A DNA stretch of 64,000 nucleotides from Dehalococcoidia bacterium (GTDB lineage: Bacteria; Chloroflexota; Dehalococcoidia; DSTF01; JACRBR01): NCBI GenBank assembly GCA_041494685.1, contig JBGQBE010000001.1:144286-208285 (forward strand), given 5' to 3'. This document shows positions 47,505 to 57,675 of the stretch, in pieces. Every line of letters begins with the position of its first letter. Positions within the stretch are counted from its first letter, which is position 1. A model generated the notes under the pieces. The model searched no databases and was not told where the DNA came from. It worked only from the letters and a program-made list of their open reading frames with translations. A program made the translations under genes and the position numbers.

Positions 47505-48470
47505 TCAGCCGAGCGGCTCCTCAGCCAGCGCACGGAGCGCGTCGCCCGCCAGCCGGAACACCGTCCACTCGTCCATCGCCACCGCGCCCAGCGCGCGGTA
47601 GAACGCGATCGACGGCTCGTTCCGGTCCACCACCCGCCACTCCATCCGCCCGCACCCCCGTTCGACGGCCAGTCTTGCCAGGTGCGCCAGCAGCGCCTTC
47701 CCGTGCCCCGCGCCACGGTGCTCGGGCAGCACGAACAGGTCCTCCAGGTAGATGCCAGGCTTCCCCAGGAACGTCGAGTAGTTGTGGAAGAACAGCGCCA
47801 TCCCCACGACAGCGCCGCCATCGACGGCGACCACCGACTCCGCATACCGCCCCCGGCCGACCGCGTGCGCGCGAAGCGTCGCCTCGTCCGGCTCGAACTC
47901 TGACGCCGGCCCATCATGATGCTCCGCCAAACCCCGCAGCAGTTCACCGATCGCGTGCGCATCGCTCGATGTGGCCTCGCGGATCGCCGAAGGAGATCGT
48001 TGCGTCCGGCTCAGCATCGTCAGCGCATCCCCCGCGAGGCGGTACATCGTCCGGTCATCCAGTCCGACCGCGCCCAGCGACCGGTAGAACGCGATCGACG
48101 GCTCGTTCCAGTCCAGCACGCTCCACTCCAGCCGCCCGCACCCCCGCTCCGCCGCGAGCTGCGCCAGCCGTGCCAGCAGCGCCTTGCCGTGCCCCGCGCC
48201 ACGGTGCTCCGGCAGCACGAACAGGTCCTCCAGGTAGATGCCCGGCTTCCTGAGCAACGTCGAGTAGTTGTGGAAGAACAGCGCGAACCCCACGACCGCG
48301 CCGTCCGCCTCCGCCAGCACCACCTCGGCATAGCGGCGCTCGCCGAAGAGGTGCGCGCGCAGCTCCGCCTCGTCCAGCACGACCTCGTGCGCCAGGCGCT
48401 CGTACTCCGCGAGCCCGCGGATCAGCCCGGCGATGGCGTGGGTGTCGGCGGGCGTGGAGTCGCGGATCAT
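47505..48470 (-). CDS. Tandem double-GNAT N-acetyltransferase (internal duplication)
   Basis: Two ~160-aa halves with ~75% identity, each containing FFHNYST..KPGIYLEDLFVLPEHRGAGHGKALLA. Confidence 0.75.
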   Translation of the reverse strand: MIRDSTPADTHAIAGLIRGLAEYERLAHEVVLDEAELRAHLFGERRYAEVVLAEADGAVVGFALFFHNYSTLLRKPGIYLEDLFVLPEHRGAGHGKALLARLAQLAAERGCGRLEWSVLDWNEPSIAFYRSLGAVGLDDRTMYRLAGDALTMLSRTQRSPSAIREATSSDAHAIGELLRGLAEHHDGPASEFEPDEATLRAHAVGRGRYAESVVAVDGGAVVGMALFFHNYSTFLGKPGIYLEDLFVLPEHRGAGHGKALLAHLARLAVERGCGRMEWRVVDRNEPSIAFYRALGAVAMDEWTVFRLAGDALRALAEEPLG

Positions 48471-48533
48471 GTGGCGATGGTAACAGCGGCACGGGGTTGC
48501 GGACACCCGGGCGGGGCGATCGGCGCAGGGCGC

Positions 48534-49979
48534 CTAGACGAAGATGAACGAGGTCGCGTTGTCGATCGCGTCGAAGAGCTGCTGCGGGTAGAGGCCGATG
48601 TAGAACACGCCGAGCATCAGCACGAAGGCGAGCCCGTTCATCAGTACCGGCACGCTCAGCGCGCCCTCGCCCTCGGACGGCTTCTCCACGAACGCCTGCC
48701 GCATCACCTGCAAGTAGTAGTACAGCGAGACCACGCTCGTCACGGTCGCGATCACGGCGAGCCAGTAGTAGCCGGCATCGACCACCGACTGGAAGAGGAT
48801 GAACTTCGTCACGAAGCCCGCGAACAGCGGCAGCCCCGCCAGCGAGAACAGCGCCCCGGCAAGCACGCCCGCCAGCAGCGGCGCGCGCTCGCGCATGCCG
48901 CGGAAGTCGGCGATCTCATCCGTGCCCGTCATGTTGTGCCAGGCGATGATCACGACGAAGATCGCCATGTTCGAGACCATGTAGCCCGTCAGGTGCAGGA
49001 CCAGCGCCGACGCCGTGTCGTGCGACAGGCCCGCGACGCCCATGAGCATGTAACCCACCTGGCCGATCGACGAATACGCCATCAGCCGCTTGATGTTGTG
49101 CTGTTGCAGCGCCACCAGGTTGCCCAGGATCATCGTCGCCGCCGCGATGCCCGCGATCATCCAGCTCCAGTCGTCGTGCACGCCCTGGAACGCGCCGCCG
49201 AACAGCCGCAGCAGCAGCGCGAAGCCCGCCGCCTTCGACGTCGTCGAGAGGTACGCCGTGATCGCCACGGGCGCGCCTTCGTAGGCGTCGGGCGTCCACA
49301 TGTGGAACGGCACCGCCGCGACCTTGAAGCCCAGCCCCGTCAGGATCAGCACCAGGCCCATCAGCAGCGCGAACGTGTAGTCGCTCGTGCCGGCCTTCAG
49401 GCTCTCGGCGATCTGGCTGTAGTACGTGGTGCCGGTGACGCCGTAGATCAGGCTCAGCCCGTACAGGAACATCGCCGAGGCGAACGCGCCCAGCAGCAGG
49501 TACTTGATGCCCGCCTCGTTCGACTTCTTGTCGAACTTCTGGAAGCCCACCAGGATGTACAGGCTGAAGCTCAGCAGCTCCAGCGACAGGTACGCCGTCA
49601 TCAGCTCGCGCGACGCCGCCATGCCGATAGCGCCGATCGTGCTCAGGATGATCAGCGCGTAGTACTCGCCCGGGTGCCGCAGCTTGTCCTCGACGAGCTT
49701 CGCCGAGGAGAGGCACACGACTGCCGCCGTCACGGTGAAGAACACGCGGAAGTACGTCGTGTAGTTGTCGATCGCGACGATGTGCGCGAAGTTCGTCTCC
49801 TTGTTGATCCAGACCAGCGAGACGCCGGCGATCGCCAGCAGCCCCACGCCCGCGATGTACGAGAGCCACGCCTTGCGCACCTGCGGCACGTACAGGTCCA
49901 GCGCCACCACCAGCACGGCCAGGCCTGCCAGCAGGTACTCCGGGATGAAGAGCGTGTAGTCGTAGTTCAGCTGGCTCAT
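48534..49979 (-). CDS. nuoN: NADH-quinone oxidoreductase (complex I) subunit N
   Basis: 3' 481 codons of ORF 48534..50747. ATGA overlap with nuoM. Confidence 0.85.
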   Translation of the reverse strand: MSQLNYDYTLFIPEYLLAGLAVLVVALDLYVPQVRKAWLSYIAGVGLLAIAGVSLVWINKETNFAHIVAIDNYTTYFRVFFTVTAAVVCLSSAKLVEDKLRHPGEYYALIILSTIGAIGMAASRELMTAYLSLELLSFSLYILVGFQKFDKKSNEAGIKYLLLGAFASAMFLYGLSLIYGVTGTTYYSQIAESLKAGTSDYTFALLMGLVLILTGLGFKVAAVPFHMWTPDAYEGAPVAITAYLSTTSKAAGFALLLRLFGGAFQGVHDDWSWMIAGIAAATMILGNLVALQQHNIKRLMAYSSIGQVGYMLMGVAGLSHDTASALVLHLTGYMVSNMAIFVVIIAWHNMTGTDEIADFRGMRERAPLLAGVLAGALFSLAGLPLFAGFVTKFILFQSVVDAGYYWLAVIATVTSVVSLYYYLQVMRQAFVEKPSEGEGALSVPVLMNGLAFVLMLGVFYIGLYPQQLFDAIDNATSFIFV

Positions 49980-51481
49980 GAGACTCCCGGCAGCAGCCGC
50001 ACGCTCTCCTGGATTCGGTCGATGAACGGCGCGGGGTACAGGCCCATGAAGAGCATGCTCCCCAGCAGCAGCACCGCGGTGCCGCGCTCCAGGTACGTCA
50101 TCTCCTTCACGTCCGCCCACTTCTCGTTGAACGGCCCGAAGAACGACATCGCCATCATCCGCAGAATGTACACCGCCGTCATCGCCGCGGCGAAGATGCC
50201 CAGCGCGCCCGCCCACGGGTACGTGCGGAACGTGCCGACGAAGATGTTGAACTCGGCGATGAACCCCGCCAGCCCCGGCAACCCCAGCGAGGCGAGCCCC
50301 GCGACGCCCATGAAGAACACGAACAGCGGCATCTTGTTCACCATGCCGCTGTAGAGCCGCATGTCGCGCGTGTGCGTCTGGTCGTACACCGACCCGACCA
50401 TGGCGAAGAAGGTAGCCGTCATCACGCCGTGCGCGAACATCTGCAGCACCGCGCCGTCCACGCCGTTCACGTTCATCGTCGCCAGCCCCATCAGCACGAG
50501 CCCCATGTGGCTGACGGACGAGTAGCCGATCATGTACTTCCAGTCGCGCTGCGCCGTCGCCGCGAACGCGCCGTAGACCACGTTGCACGTCGCCAGGATC
50601 ATCAGCCCCGGCATCCAGAACGTCGCGCCCGCCGGCAGTAGCTGGATGCCCAGGCGGATGATGCCGAACGCGCCGAGCTTCATCAGCACGCCGGCGTGCA
50701 GCATCGACACCGCCGTCGGCGCCGAGACGTGGCCGTCGGGCGACCACGTGTGGAACGGCCAGAGGCCGGCCAGCACGCCGCAGCCGATGACGAACAGCGG
50801 GAACACGATCTTCTGGAAGCGGTCGTCGAACTGGTACGCGTACAGCGTCTGCAGGTCGAACGTGCCCTTACCGGCCTCGTGGAACACCGCGAAGATGCCC
50901 AGGAAGATCAGGATCGACGCCGCGACCAGCATCACCGTCAGCTTCATCGCGCTGTATTCCTTGGTGCGCGAGAACGTCTCGAAGACGCTGCTGGATCCCC
51001 AGACCGCGATCAGCAGGTACATCGGCAGCACGGCGACTTCGTAGAAGAAGAAGAAGAAGAACAGGTCCAACGACGTGAACGTGCCGAACACACCGGCCAC
51101 CAGCACCCAGAACAGGATGAAGAAGTCCTTGTTGTGGTGCTCGATCTTCCACGAGATCAGCGCGCCGCCGAACGCCACTACGCCGGTCAGCAGCACCATC
51201 GGCGCGGCGATGCCGTCGATGCCGAACGTCAGCGCGATGCCGTGCGGGCCGAGGAACGCGACGTTCTGCAGCCAGTCCGTCCGGTGGTAGAACTGGTAGC
51301 CGCCGCCCCGGTCGGTCTCGTACGCGAAGAAGACGTAGACCGAGATGGCGAAGAGCACGGCGCCCACGATCGCGCTGAGCCAGCGCGTCACGTCCTTCTT
51401 GTCGTCGGGGACGCCCACCAGCACCGCCGCGGCGATGAGCGGTATGACGATGGTGCTGATCAGCCAGTAGCCGGAGTGCAT
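49976..51481 (-). CDS. nuoM: Complex I subunit M
   Basis: 501 aa antiporter-like subunit. Confidence 0.9.
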   Translation of the reverse strand: MHSGYWLISTIVIPLIAAAVLVGVPDDKKDVTRWLSAIVGAVLFAISVYVFFAYETDRGGGYQFYHRTDWLQNVAFLGPHGIALTFGIDGIAAPMVLLTGVVAFGGALISWKIEHHNKDFFILFWVLVAGVFGTFTSLDLFFFFFFYEVAVLPMYLLIAVWGSSSVFETFSRTKEYSAMKLTVMLVAASILIFLGIFAVFHEAGKGTFDLQTLYAYQFDDRFQKIVFPLFVIGCGVLAGLWPFHTWSPDGHVSAPTAVSMLHAGVLMKLGAFGIIRLGIQLLPAGATFWMPGLMILATCNVVYGAFAATAQRDWKYMIGYSSVSHMGLVLMGLATMNVNGVDGAVLQMFAHGVMTATFFAMVGSVYDQTHTRDMRLYSGMVNKMPLFVFFMGVAGLASLGLPGLAGFIAEFNIFVGTFRTYPWAGALGIFAAAMTAVYILRMMAMSFFGPFNEKWADVKEMTYLERGTAVLLLGSMLFMGLYPAPFIDRIQESVRLLPGVS

Positions 51482-51488
51482 CTCGCCC

Positions 51489-53390
51489 CTATCCCCTGTA
51501 CCCGAACGCGACGGCCGCGATGACGACGACGCCGACGACGATCGCCAGCGCGTAGTTCGGAATCTTGCCGGTCTGCTGGTGCTTGCCGATCCAGCCGAGG
51601 AAGTCGGTCGCCTCGCCGGTGCCGTTGACGCCGGTGTCGTTCACGACGGCGCGGTCGAACACCGCCACCACCTGGCCCGCCGCCAGCACCACGTGGTCGA
51701 TGACGAGCTGGTACACCTCGTCGATGTAGAAGCGGTTGAGGAAGAGCTTGTAGGTGAGCGGCGAGAACGCGGCCGCGCGCTCCGCCGGCTTCGCTTCGCC
51801 GCTCCAGAACCACCACCCCGCGCCCAGCCCGGCCACCACCAGCACGATCGACGAGATCGACATCGCCCAGTCGGCGCTGTAGGTCTCCGGACCCTCGCCC
51901 AGGTTGTAGACGAAGCCCAGCCAGCCGGAGTGGAACCCCAGCGCCTTGCCCACGCCCTCGAACACCACGAAGCCGCTGACCAGCGCCAGCACCGCCAGGA
52001 TGATCAGCGGCAGCGTCATCGCCGGCGCGGACTCGTGCGCGTGCTCGTACACGTGGTGGTCCTTCGGCCTGCCGAAGAACGTCAGCAGCGTCACGCGCAT
52101 CATGTACATCGCCGTGATCGGCAGCGAGATCAACAGCGCGACGAGCACCAGCTGGCTCATCTCGCCGTTCTTCACGCCGACCAGGATCTCGTCCTTCGCC
52201 CAGAAGCCGCTGATCGGCGCCAGGCCCGCCATCGCCAGCGCGCCCACCGTGAACACGGGCGCCGTGATCGGCAGCTTGCCCCACAGCCCGCCCAGCTTGT
52301 CGACCTCCTGCTCCTCCGTCGCGTGGATCACCGAGCCGCAGCTGAGGAACAGCAGCGCCTTGAAGAAGGCGTGCGCGAACAGGTACAGCATGGCCGCGCC
52401 GACGGCGCCCGAACCGAGCGCCACGAACATCAGCCCCAGGCTGTTCAGCGTCGAGTACGCCACCACGCGCTTGATATCGCGCTGCGCCAGGCCCATCAGC
52501 GCCGCCATGATCGTCGTGATCAGGCCGATGGTGGTGATCAGCTCCGGCATCCCGTCTACGACCTGGAACAGCGGCAGCATGCGCGCCACCAGGTACACGC
52601 CCGCGACCACCATCGTCGCCGCGTGGATCAGCGCGGACACGGGCGTCGGGCCTTCCATCGCGTCCGGCAACCAGACGTGCAGCGGGAACTGCGCCGACTT
52701 GCCGCAGGCGCCCGCGAACATGCAGATCGCTGCGCCGGTCAGCCAGCGTTCGTTGATCTGGCCGGCCTGGGCCATGTCCAGGATGTGGTGAATGTTGAAC
52801 GTGTGCGTCTGCGTGAACAGGATCAGGATGCCGATCAGGAGCCCCACGTCGCCGACGCGCGTGGTGATGAACGCCTTCTTCGAGGCTTCGGCCGCCGACT
52901 GCTTGTCGTTGTAGTAGCCGATGAGCAGCATTGAGCAGAGGCCCACCAGCTCCCAGGCGAAGTAGAGCAGCAGCAGGTTGTCGGCCAGCACCAGCGTCAG
53001 CATCGACGCCACGAACAGCGACACGATCGCGTAGAACCAGCCGTAGCGGCGGTCGCCGTGCATGTAGCCGGTCGAGTAGATCATCACCAACAGGGCGACG
53101 AACGTCACGCAGAACAGCATCACCAGCGTGATCTGGTCCACGAACGTGCCCATCCGGATCTCCATGTAGCCCGGCACGTAGAACCACTGCCAACTCCGCG
53201 CCGTGCCGTGGAAGTTCCCTTGCCCGATCGCGTCCGCCACGTCCTTGCCCAGCGCGAGCACCAGCACGAACGCCGTTGCCATCAGCGCGATCGCGATCCA
53301 GTCGCCCTTGCGGGGCAGCCAGGGGCTCAAGAGAAGGAGGATGACGAATCCCGCGACCGGCAGCGCCGGCAGGATCCACGCATCGCCCAT
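51489..53390 (-). CDS. nuoL: Complex I subunit L
   Basis: 633 aa. WLPDAMEGPTPVSALIHAATMV motif. Confidence 0.9.
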   Translation of the reverse strand: MGDAWILPALPVAGFVILLLLSPWLPRKGDWIAIALMATAFVLVLALGKDVADAIGQGNFHGTARSWQWFYVPGYMEIRMGTFVDQITLVMLFCVTFVALLVMIYSTGYMHGDRRYGWFYAIVSLFVASMLTLVLADNLLLLYFAWELVGLCSMLLIGYYNDKQSAAEASKKAFITTRVGDVGLLIGILILFTQTHTFNIHHILDMAQAGQINERWLTGAAICMFAGACGKSAQFPLHVWLPDAMEGPTPVSALIHAATMVVAGVYLVARMLPLFQVVDGMPELITTIGLITTIMAALMGLAQRDIKRVVAYSTLNSLGLMFVALGSGAVGAAMLYLFAHAFFKALLFLSCGSVIHATEEQEVDKLGGLWGKLPITAPVFTVGALAMAGLAPISGFWAKDEILVGVKNGEMSQLVLVALLISLPITAMYMMRVTLLTFFGRPKDHHVYEHAHESAPAMTLPLIILAVLALVSGFVVFEGVGKALGFHSGWLGFVYNLGEGPETYSADWAMSISSIVLVVAGLGAGWWFWSGEAKPAERAAAFSPLTYKLFLNRFYIDEVYQLVIDHVVLAAGQVVAVFDRAVVNDTGVNGTGEATDFLGWIGKHQQTGKIPNYALAIVVGVVVIAAVAFGYRG

Positions 53391-53433
53391 ACCGAATCCG
53401 AAGATGGCTAACTCCCCCTGCTAACGGCCGCGC

Positions 53434-53760
53434 TCACCACTTGAGCGAGTCCACTTCGTCCACGTTCGCCGTCCCGCGGTTCCGGAAGATCCGCAGGATG
53501 ACGCCCAGCGCCAGCCCCACTTCCGCCGCCGCGATGGCGATGATGAAGATGGCGAAGATGATGCCCTGGAACAGCGACGGCGCCGTGTACACCGCGAACG
53601 CCACCATGTTGATGCTCACGGCGTTCAGCATCAGCTCCACCGACATCAGGATCAGCACGGCGTTGCGGCGCGCCAGCACCCCGTACACGCCGATCGAGAA
53701 CAGGATCATGCTCAGCACGACGTAGTGCTGCAGCGACACGCCGGCGGCGACGTTCTCCAC
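53434..53760 (-). CDS. nuoK: Complex I subunit K
   Basis: 108 aa, 3 TM, GTG start. Confidence 0.85.
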   Translation of the reverse strand: MENVAAGVSLQHYVVLSMILFSIGVYGVLARRNAVLILMSVELMLNAVSINMVAFAVYTAPSLFQGIIFAIFIIAIAAAEVGLALGVILRIFRNRGTANVDEVDSLKW

Positions 53761-54255
53761 CTAGCGCTCCCCTTCTTCCTGCATCGAGATCACGACCGCG
53801 CCCACCAGCGCCACCAGCAGCACGCCGGATGCGATCTCGAACGGGACCGCCCAGCGGTTGAACAGCGCGTCGCTGATCGAGGTGAACGGCACGACCGTCA
53901 GTTCGTCCACGTTGCGCGGCCACGTCGTCTGGCTCGCCACCGTGATGAACGCGCCCAGCAGGGCCAGCGCGGCGACGGCGGCCAGTGGCCGCTGGTCGCC
54001 GTCGAGATTCTGCTTCAGGTCTTCGACCCGCGTCAGCATCAGGACGAAGATGATCAGCACCATCACGGCGCCGCTGTAGATCAGCACCTGCACCAGCGCC
54101 AGGAACTCGACGCTCAGCAGCAGGTAGACGCCGGCGACGCCGAGCAGCGACATCACCAGGAACAGCGCCGCGTAGACGACGCTGCGCACCAGCACCACGC
54201 CGAGCGCGCCGCTGATCACCGTCGCCGCCATGATGTAGAAGAAGACCTGCGTCAT
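53761..54255 (-). CDS. nuoJ: Complex I subunit J
   Basis: 3' 165 codons of ORF 53761..54864. ATGA overlap with nuoI. Confidence 0.8.
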   Translation of the reverse strand: MTQVFFYIMAATVISGALGVVLVRSVVYAALFLVMSLLGVAGVYLLLSVEFLALVQVLIYSGAVMVLIIFVLMLTRVEDLKQNLDGDQRPLAAVAALALLGAFITVASQTTWPRNVDELTVVPFTSISDALFNRWAVPFEIASGVLLVALVGAVVISMQEEGER

Positions 54256-54716
54256 GCGCGGAGCCCCGGGTCCACTTTGCCGGCCTTCGACTGCGCCATC
54301 AGCTGGTCCAGATCCATCACGAGCTCCTTGCGGTCGAACCGCGACAGCTCGTGACCGGCCCACGTGTTGTTCATGCCGATCGCCTCGAAGTTGCACACCT
54401 CGACGCAGATGTTGCAGCGCATGCAGCGCCCGTAGTCGATCCAGAACTCGTCGATGATCTTGCGGCGCTTGCTCTCGCCCGTCGCGTGCTTCGGGTTGTC
54501 CTTCATCACGACGGTCATGCACTCGACGGGGCAGGCGCGCTCGCACGCGTGACAGCCCGTGCAGAACGGCTCGTCGTGCTCTTCGTCCCAGATCAGGACG
54601 GGGAACGCGCGGTCGCGGTTCGGGATCTCCCGGTGGACTTCCGGGTACTGCACCGTCGCCGGCTTCCGGAAGACGACGCGCGCGGTCTGGGCCATGCTCT
54701 TGAGAATGCCGATCAT
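54252..54716 (-). CDS. nuoI: Complex I subunit I (2x[4Fe-4S] ferredoxin)
   Basis: CTGCHACERACP and CMRCNICVEVC motifs. Confidence 0.9.
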   Translation of the reverse strand: MIGILKSMAQTARVVFRKPATVQYPEVHREIPNRDRAFPVLIWDEEHDEPFCTGCHACERACPVECMTVVMKDNPKHATGESKRRKIIDEFWIDYGRCMRCNICVEVCNFEAIGMNNTWAGHELSRFDRKELVMDLDQLMAQSKAGKVDPGLRA

Positions 54717-55849
54717 CAGGCACTGCTCCTTGCGCGCACCGGCACCATCTGCAGCGGCTTGCGCGGCGCCCCGCGCCGCACGAGCTTGTGCGCCGTGTAC
54801 GCCAGGCCCAGCGCGCCCGCGCCCGATGTGAGCAGCAGCGCGATGTCCGGCGCATCATAGACAATGACCAGACCGTTGAGGAAGATCTGCAGCAGCGCGA
54901 ACGGGATCAGCACCTTCCAGGCGTACGACATCAACTGGTCGACCCGCATGCGGGGCAGCGACGCGCGCACCCACAGGTAGAAGACGATGAACAGGCTCAT
55001 CTTCGCCACGGTGAGCAGCAGCTGCCAGCCCCAGCCCCAGTCCGTGCCGAACGGGAACTGCCAGCCGCCCAGGAACACGAACGCCCCCAGCAGCGCGAAC
55101 ACGTACATGTTCACGTACGAGGTCAGCTGGAACATCGACCAGCGGATGCCGCTATATTCGATGAACACGCCGCCCGCTACCTCCGACTCACCCGTCGGGA
55201 TGTCGAACGGCGGCCGTTCCACTTCGGCGATCGACGCCGTCAGGAAGATCATGAAGCCCAGCGGCTGCCAGACCACCAGCGGCACGTGGTCCTGGTAGAG
55301 GATGATCTGGTAGACGTCCGCCGACGACGTAATCATCACCACGCCCAGCAGCGCCAGCAGCAGCGGGATCTCGTACGAGATGAGCTGCGCCGCGGCGCGC
55401 ATACCGCCCAGCAGCGCGTACTTGCTGTCGGAGCCCCAACCGGCCAGCAGGAAGCCGATGAACGACAGCCCCGACACGGCCACCAGGTAGAGCAGGCTCA
55501 GCGGCAGCGGGCTGATCAGCCAGTCGGCCGTGAACGGCACCGCGACGAACGCCAGGAACGCCGGGATGAAGATCGCGAAGACCGACAGCTCCCACGCGAC
55601 GGGGTCCGCCGTCGCGGGGCGCAGGTCTTCCTTCACCAGCAGCTTCAGCATGTCGGCGATCGGCTGCAGCAGCCCGAAGGGGCCGTTGCGCGTCGGCCCC
55701 AGCCGGTACTGCATGCGCGCGACGATCTTGCGCTCGTACCACGTCGCGTACGCCACGCCCACCGTCATCAGCAGCGTGATCACGATCAGCCCCGCCAGCT
55801 CGCGCAGCGCCGGGTGGTCGATGTTGATGTGGGGTGCGGCAAGCAGCAT
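54716..55849 (-). CDS. nuoH: Complex I subunit H
   Basis: ORF 54716..56026 trimmed to MLLAAPHINI. RMQYRLGPTRNGPFGLLQPIADM motif. Confidence 0.85.
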   Translation of the reverse strand: MLLAAPHINIDHPALRELAGLIVITLLMTVGVAYATWYERKIVARMQYRLGPTRNGPFGLLQPIADMLKLLVKEDLRPATADPVAWELSVFAIFIPAFLAFVAVPFTADWLISPLPLSLLYLVAVSGLSFIGFLLAGWGSDSKYALLGGMRAAAQLISYEIPLLLALLGVVMITSSADVYQIILYQDHVPLVVWQPLGFMIFLTASIAEVERPPFDIPTGESEVAGGVFIEYSGIRWSMFQLTSYVNMYVFALLGAFVFLGGWQFPFGTDWGWGWQLLLTVAKMSLFIVFYLWVRASLPRMRVDQLMSYAWKVLIPFALLQIFLNGLVIVYDAPDIALLLTSGAGALGLAYTAHKLVRRGAPRKPLQMVPVRARSSA

Positions 55850-55851
55850 AA

Positions 55852-56979
55852 CTATCGGTCCACGCAGCAGAGCACGATATCCATCGAGCCCAGGATCATC
55901 ACGGCGTCCGCCAGGTACTGTCCGATCGTCATCTCCCGCAGCGCGGAGAGGTTGCAGAATGACGGCGAGCGCATCTTCAGCCGGTACGGCTTGTCGCCGC
56001 CCTTCGACACCAGGTACACGCCCCACTCGCCGCGCGGTGACTCCACCTTCGAGTACACCTCGCCCGGCGGCGTCCGCAAACGGCGCGGCATCTTCTCCGG
56101 CACGATCGGACCCTCGGGCGGCAGCTGCTCCAGCGCCTGCTCGATGATCTTGATCGACTGCTTCATCTCTTCCAGCCGCACCAGGTAGCGGTCGTACACG
56201 TCGCCGTAGTTGCCGACGGGAACCTCGAAGTTGAAGCGGTCATACACGGAGTACGGCTCGTCCTTGCGCAGGTCCCACGGCACGCCGGACGCGCGCAGCA
56301 GCGGTCCGCTCATGCCGTACGAGATCGCCTGCTTCGCCGAGAACGCGCCGACGTTCTGGCACCGCCCCATGAAGATCTCGTTCTTCGTCATCAGGTCGTC
56401 CAGGTCGCGGATGCCCTGCTGCGCCTGCTTCAGCACCTCGTGGACGCGCTGGACGAAGTTGTCCGTCACCTCCCACGCCAGGCCGCCGACGCGGAAGTAC
56501 GCGTACATCAGCCGGTCGCCGGACACCTCCTCAAAGAGGTCCAGCAGGTTCTCCCGCTGCACGAACGCGAAGGTGAAGCTCGTGCCGAACAGCCCGGCGT
56601 CGATGCCGAACGCGCCCATGAACATGAAGTGACTGCTGAGCCGGTTCAGCTCGCTCAGGATCACGCGGATGTACTCCGCGCGGTCGGGCACCTTCAGGTC
56701 CATCAGCCGCTCGACCGCCATCACGTAGCCCAACTCGGCGTGGAACTGCGCCAGGTACTCCGTGCGGTCCGCGTAGCCGATGCCCTGGCGGAAGTCCATC
56801 GCCTCCATCAGCTTCTCGCCGCCGCGGTGCATGTAGCCGATGTGCGGCGTGACGTTCACGACCTGTTCGCCGTTCACCGCCAGCACCATGCGGAACACGC
56901 CGTGCGTGCTCGGGTGCTGCGGCCCCATGTTGATGGGCATGTCGACGATCTCGACCGCGTGGCCCTGCTCGAGCACCAT
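55852..56979 (-). CDS. nuoD: Complex I subunit D (49 kDa)
   Basis: ORF 55852..57030 trimmed to MVLEQGHAVEI. Confidence 0.9.
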   Translation of the reverse strand: MVLEQGHAVEIVDMPINMGPQHPSTHGVFRMVLAVNGEQVVNVTPHIGYMHRGGEKLMEAMDFRQGIGYADRTEYLAQFHAELGYVMAVERLMDLKVPDRAEYIRVILSELNRLSSHFMFMGAFGIDAGLFGTSFTFAFVQRENLLDLFEEVSGDRLMYAYFRVGGLAWEVTDNFVQRVHEVLKQAQQGIRDLDDLMTKNEIFMGRCQNVGAFSAKQAISYGMSGPLLRASGVPWDLRKDEPYSVYDRFNFEVPVGNYGDVYDRYLVRLEEMKQSIKIIEQALEQLPPEGPIVPEKMPRRLRTPPGEVYSKVESPRGEWGVYLVSKGGDKPYRLKMRSPSFCNLSALREMTIGQYLADAVMILGSMDIVLCCVDR

Positions 56980-56981
56980 CG

Positions 56982-57674
56982 TTACTCGTCCCCTTCGGCC
57001 GCGCCTTCGCGGAGGTTCTCGCCCTGCCACTCCTCGATCTCCTGCAGCGGGTTGTCCTTGCGCAGCGGGAAGTGGTCGGTCATGTCGTCGGGCAGCAGCA
57101 GCGGCACCAGGTTCGGGTGCCCCTCGAACTGGATGCCGAACATGTCGCGGGTTTCGCGCTCATGCCACTCCGCGCCCGGGTAGATCGCGGCGATGCTCGG
57201 CACGCTCGGATCGGCATACGTCACGCGCGTCTTCACGGTCAGGTGGTGGCGCTTCGTGAACGACCAGAGGTGATACACCACCTCCAGCCCGTCCTCCTGC
57301 CAGTCGATGCCGGAGAGGCAGCGCAGGTAGTCCATGTCCAGGCGCGCGTCGTCGCGGGCGGCGGTCATCACGGCCGTCAGGTCGTCGCGCCCCACTTCGA
57401 CGGCGACCGTCTCGCCCGGCACGGACGGCACCATATACGCCTTGAATTCGATGCCCGGCACCGCCGCCGCGAGGATCTCGTTGATGCTGCCGGCCGGCGG
57501 TGCGACGCGCGGCGCCTCTTTCGGCTCGGCTTCCTTCGCGGGACGCGCCGCCGCGGGCTTGGCCGCGGGCTTCTCCGCGGGAGCGGCGGCCGCCTCGCCC
57601 GATGGGGGCACGGCGTCGGCCGGCTGTGCGGCCTGGTCCTGCGCTTCCTGCTCCTGCCCGTCGGGAAGCGTCAT
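56982..57674 (-). CDS. nuoC: Complex I subunit C (30 kDa) with low-complexity N-terminal extension
   Basis: Separate from nuoD (not fused). Confidence 0.85.
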   Translation of the reverse strand: MTLPDGQEQEAQDQAAQPADAVPPSGEAAAAPAEKPAAKPAAARPAKEAEPKEAPRVAPPAGSINEILAAAVPGIEFKAYMVPSVPGETVAVEVGRDDLTAVMTAARDDARLDMDYLRCLSGIDWQEDGLEVVYHLWSFTKRHHLTVKTRVTYADPSVPSIAAIYPGAEWHERETRDMFGIQFEGHPNLVPLLLPDDMTDHFPLRKDNPLQEIEEWQGENLREGAAEGDE

Positions 57675-57675
57675 C

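Noticed and set aside
44190-47962. Minus-strand ORFs 44190..45641, 45660..46784, 46535..47962, and plus-strand 47675..48253
   Set aside because: Antisense or alternate frames of glnA, the ABC permease/ATPase and the GNAT gene. Gly/Arg/Asp-rich.
47916-56188. Plus-strand ORFs 47916..50354 (812 aa), 50696..51523, 51579..52934, 54788..56188 and minus 51460..53379 across the nuo operon
   Set aside because: The nuo membrane subunits are unambiguous. These are alternate-frame high-GC artefacts with Arg/His/Asp-rich translations.
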